In this document: positions 62,837-64,000 of the stretch, piece by piece
Layout of the letters: every line of letters begins with the position of its first letter
How positions within the stretch are numbered: the stretch's first letter is position 1
Translations under genes and position numbers: made by a program
NCBI GenBank assembly: GCA_000002445.1
Contig: CM000207.1
Span: 448,001-512,000, forward strand
DNA length: 64,000 nucleotides
Reading direction: 5' to 3'
Origin: Trypanosoma brucei
Lineage: Eukaryota
Notes under the pieces: generated by a model
Seen by the model: the letters and a program-made list of their open reading frames with translations, nothing else
Database searches by the model: none
Told to the model about the DNA's origin: nothing

Positions 62837-63433
62837 TTATTTCCGTGGATAAAGGGCAACGGTACGCCAGAAATTGTACACCTTCAGCTGGTTGTGGAAC
62901 CGGCTTTCCTCACTGGGATCGTGAGAATGATCCAAAACAAATGTAACCACAAGTCGATCGGTGAATTTCATCTTCATCTGGCCAATGCGCTCCGATGAAA
63001 TGCCGCAACAGGCAGCCACATCTTCCTTGATGGCTCGCTCCAGAGCCACAGACATATTAGAGAGAGCTTGCGACCAACGTGCCCCGCGGAACCGGATCGT
63101 GTGGGTAACGGCCGTTCTCCCGGCAACTGGTTGAAGAGACCGTACGGAAACGTTTGTACCCGATTCACGACGAGAAGTACTGCGGTTATCAAAAGAGAAA
63201 ATCCTGTCGCCACCACTCCTGGAAGAAACTCTCTCGGTATAGTTGTTGTACACCGCTCCCTGCTTTTCCCCATTCGATCCAGAAAAGGAAGCCTTGCGAG
63301 GATTCATGCCATCCGCTGTGAGAGGAGGGGCAACGTGACCTCTGTTTACAGACGCCCGGCGGTTGGCGACCCAATCCGGCATACGATGAACAACCTCTCG
63401 TTGGCTATAGTTAACACCGTTCTGTGTTGTCAT
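62837..63433 (-). CDS. Hypothetical protein (198 aa), S/R-rich
   Basis: ATG verified at 63433-63431. On the gene strand. No recognisable motif. Confidence 0.35.
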   Translation of the reverse strand: MTTQNGVNYSQREVVHRMPDWVANRRASVNRGHVAPPLTADGMNPRKASFSGSNGEKQGAVYNNYTERVSSRSGGDRIFSFDNRSTSRRESGTNVSVRSLQPVAGRTAVTHTIRFRGARWSQALSNMSVALERAIKEDVAACCGISSERIGQMKMKFTDRLVVTFVLDHSHDPSEESRFHNQLKVYNFWRTVALYPRK

Positions 63434-64000
63434 TTTTCGTCACTTGGGGGCAAACCTTGATGTTAGCTGCACGTGTATGACGACGGAACGTTACACACAG
63501 AGTATGAGAGGAAGGGAATAAGAAGGGATATGAGAAGTCACGGAAACACGAACTACAATGGAATTCAACTACTTTCAGCGACCGTGCGACGTGGCAAGCA
63601 AAGAAATAATTTAATGAAAGGATACATTAACAAATATGTTGAAATGCAGCAGTTGGCCACCCCGCAATGACGTTTGTAAACCGTCAGAGAGTAACGAGTG
63701 TCCTATGACCAAATACGCGAGGAGACATTTAACTCCCCTACTTTACGGCGATCGGGAAGAGCAATCAGACCCCATTGTGTCTTATATCTTGATGCTCACT
63801 TCCCTCGCCCCAATACAACGGACAAATTAACCCCTTGGATAATAATGGCATCCTTTACGCAGCACAGAGGGGAGGAGGAGAGAAAAAAAGAGGAAAACGT
63901 CAAACGTTGCTGGGTTACCAGAGATATAGAAATGTGCCCTTCCCCCACTTCTATATTCCCTAACCCCCTGAATGTCAATAACTGTATAAAACACTGGGAG

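Overview
The window reads as a kinetoplastid (Trypanosoma-type) nuclear chromosome segment, not a prokaryotic locus. It is one unidirectional, intronless polycistronic gene array: all ~22 credible protein-coding genes lie on the minus strand. Intergenic regions are AT-rich with (TA)n microsatellites and polypyrimidine tracts upstream of the ATGs, consistent with trans-splicing. Gene content includes a 5'-partial ORC1/CDC6-like AAA+ gene, a Yip1-family protein, a divergent ARF-like GTPase, a giant 2843-aa protein with ~70 copies of a 51-bp (17-aa) repeat, an FtsJ-like methyltransferase and a twin-Cx9C (CHCH) protein. It also includes four kinase-fold proteins (two canonical, one atypical N-acylated, one pseudokinase), a Ulp1/SENP SUMO protease, a PQ-loop membrane protein, a PHD-finger protein and a class-I SAM methyltransferase. 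Two identical selenocysteine tRNA genes (anticodon UCA, 9/4 fold, 88 nt) sit on the same strand as the mRNA genes, each inside a 362-bp direct repeat; the two repeat copies bracket a 3-kb protein-kinase gene. Many maximal ORFs in the supplied track start at non-ATG codons (TTG/GTG) and run through translated polypyrimidine tracts; for those genes I report the first in-frame ATG, each checked in the sequence. No CRISPR array, prokaryotic defence system or recognisable transposon was found. Product calls rest on motifs visible by eye, since no database search was possible.
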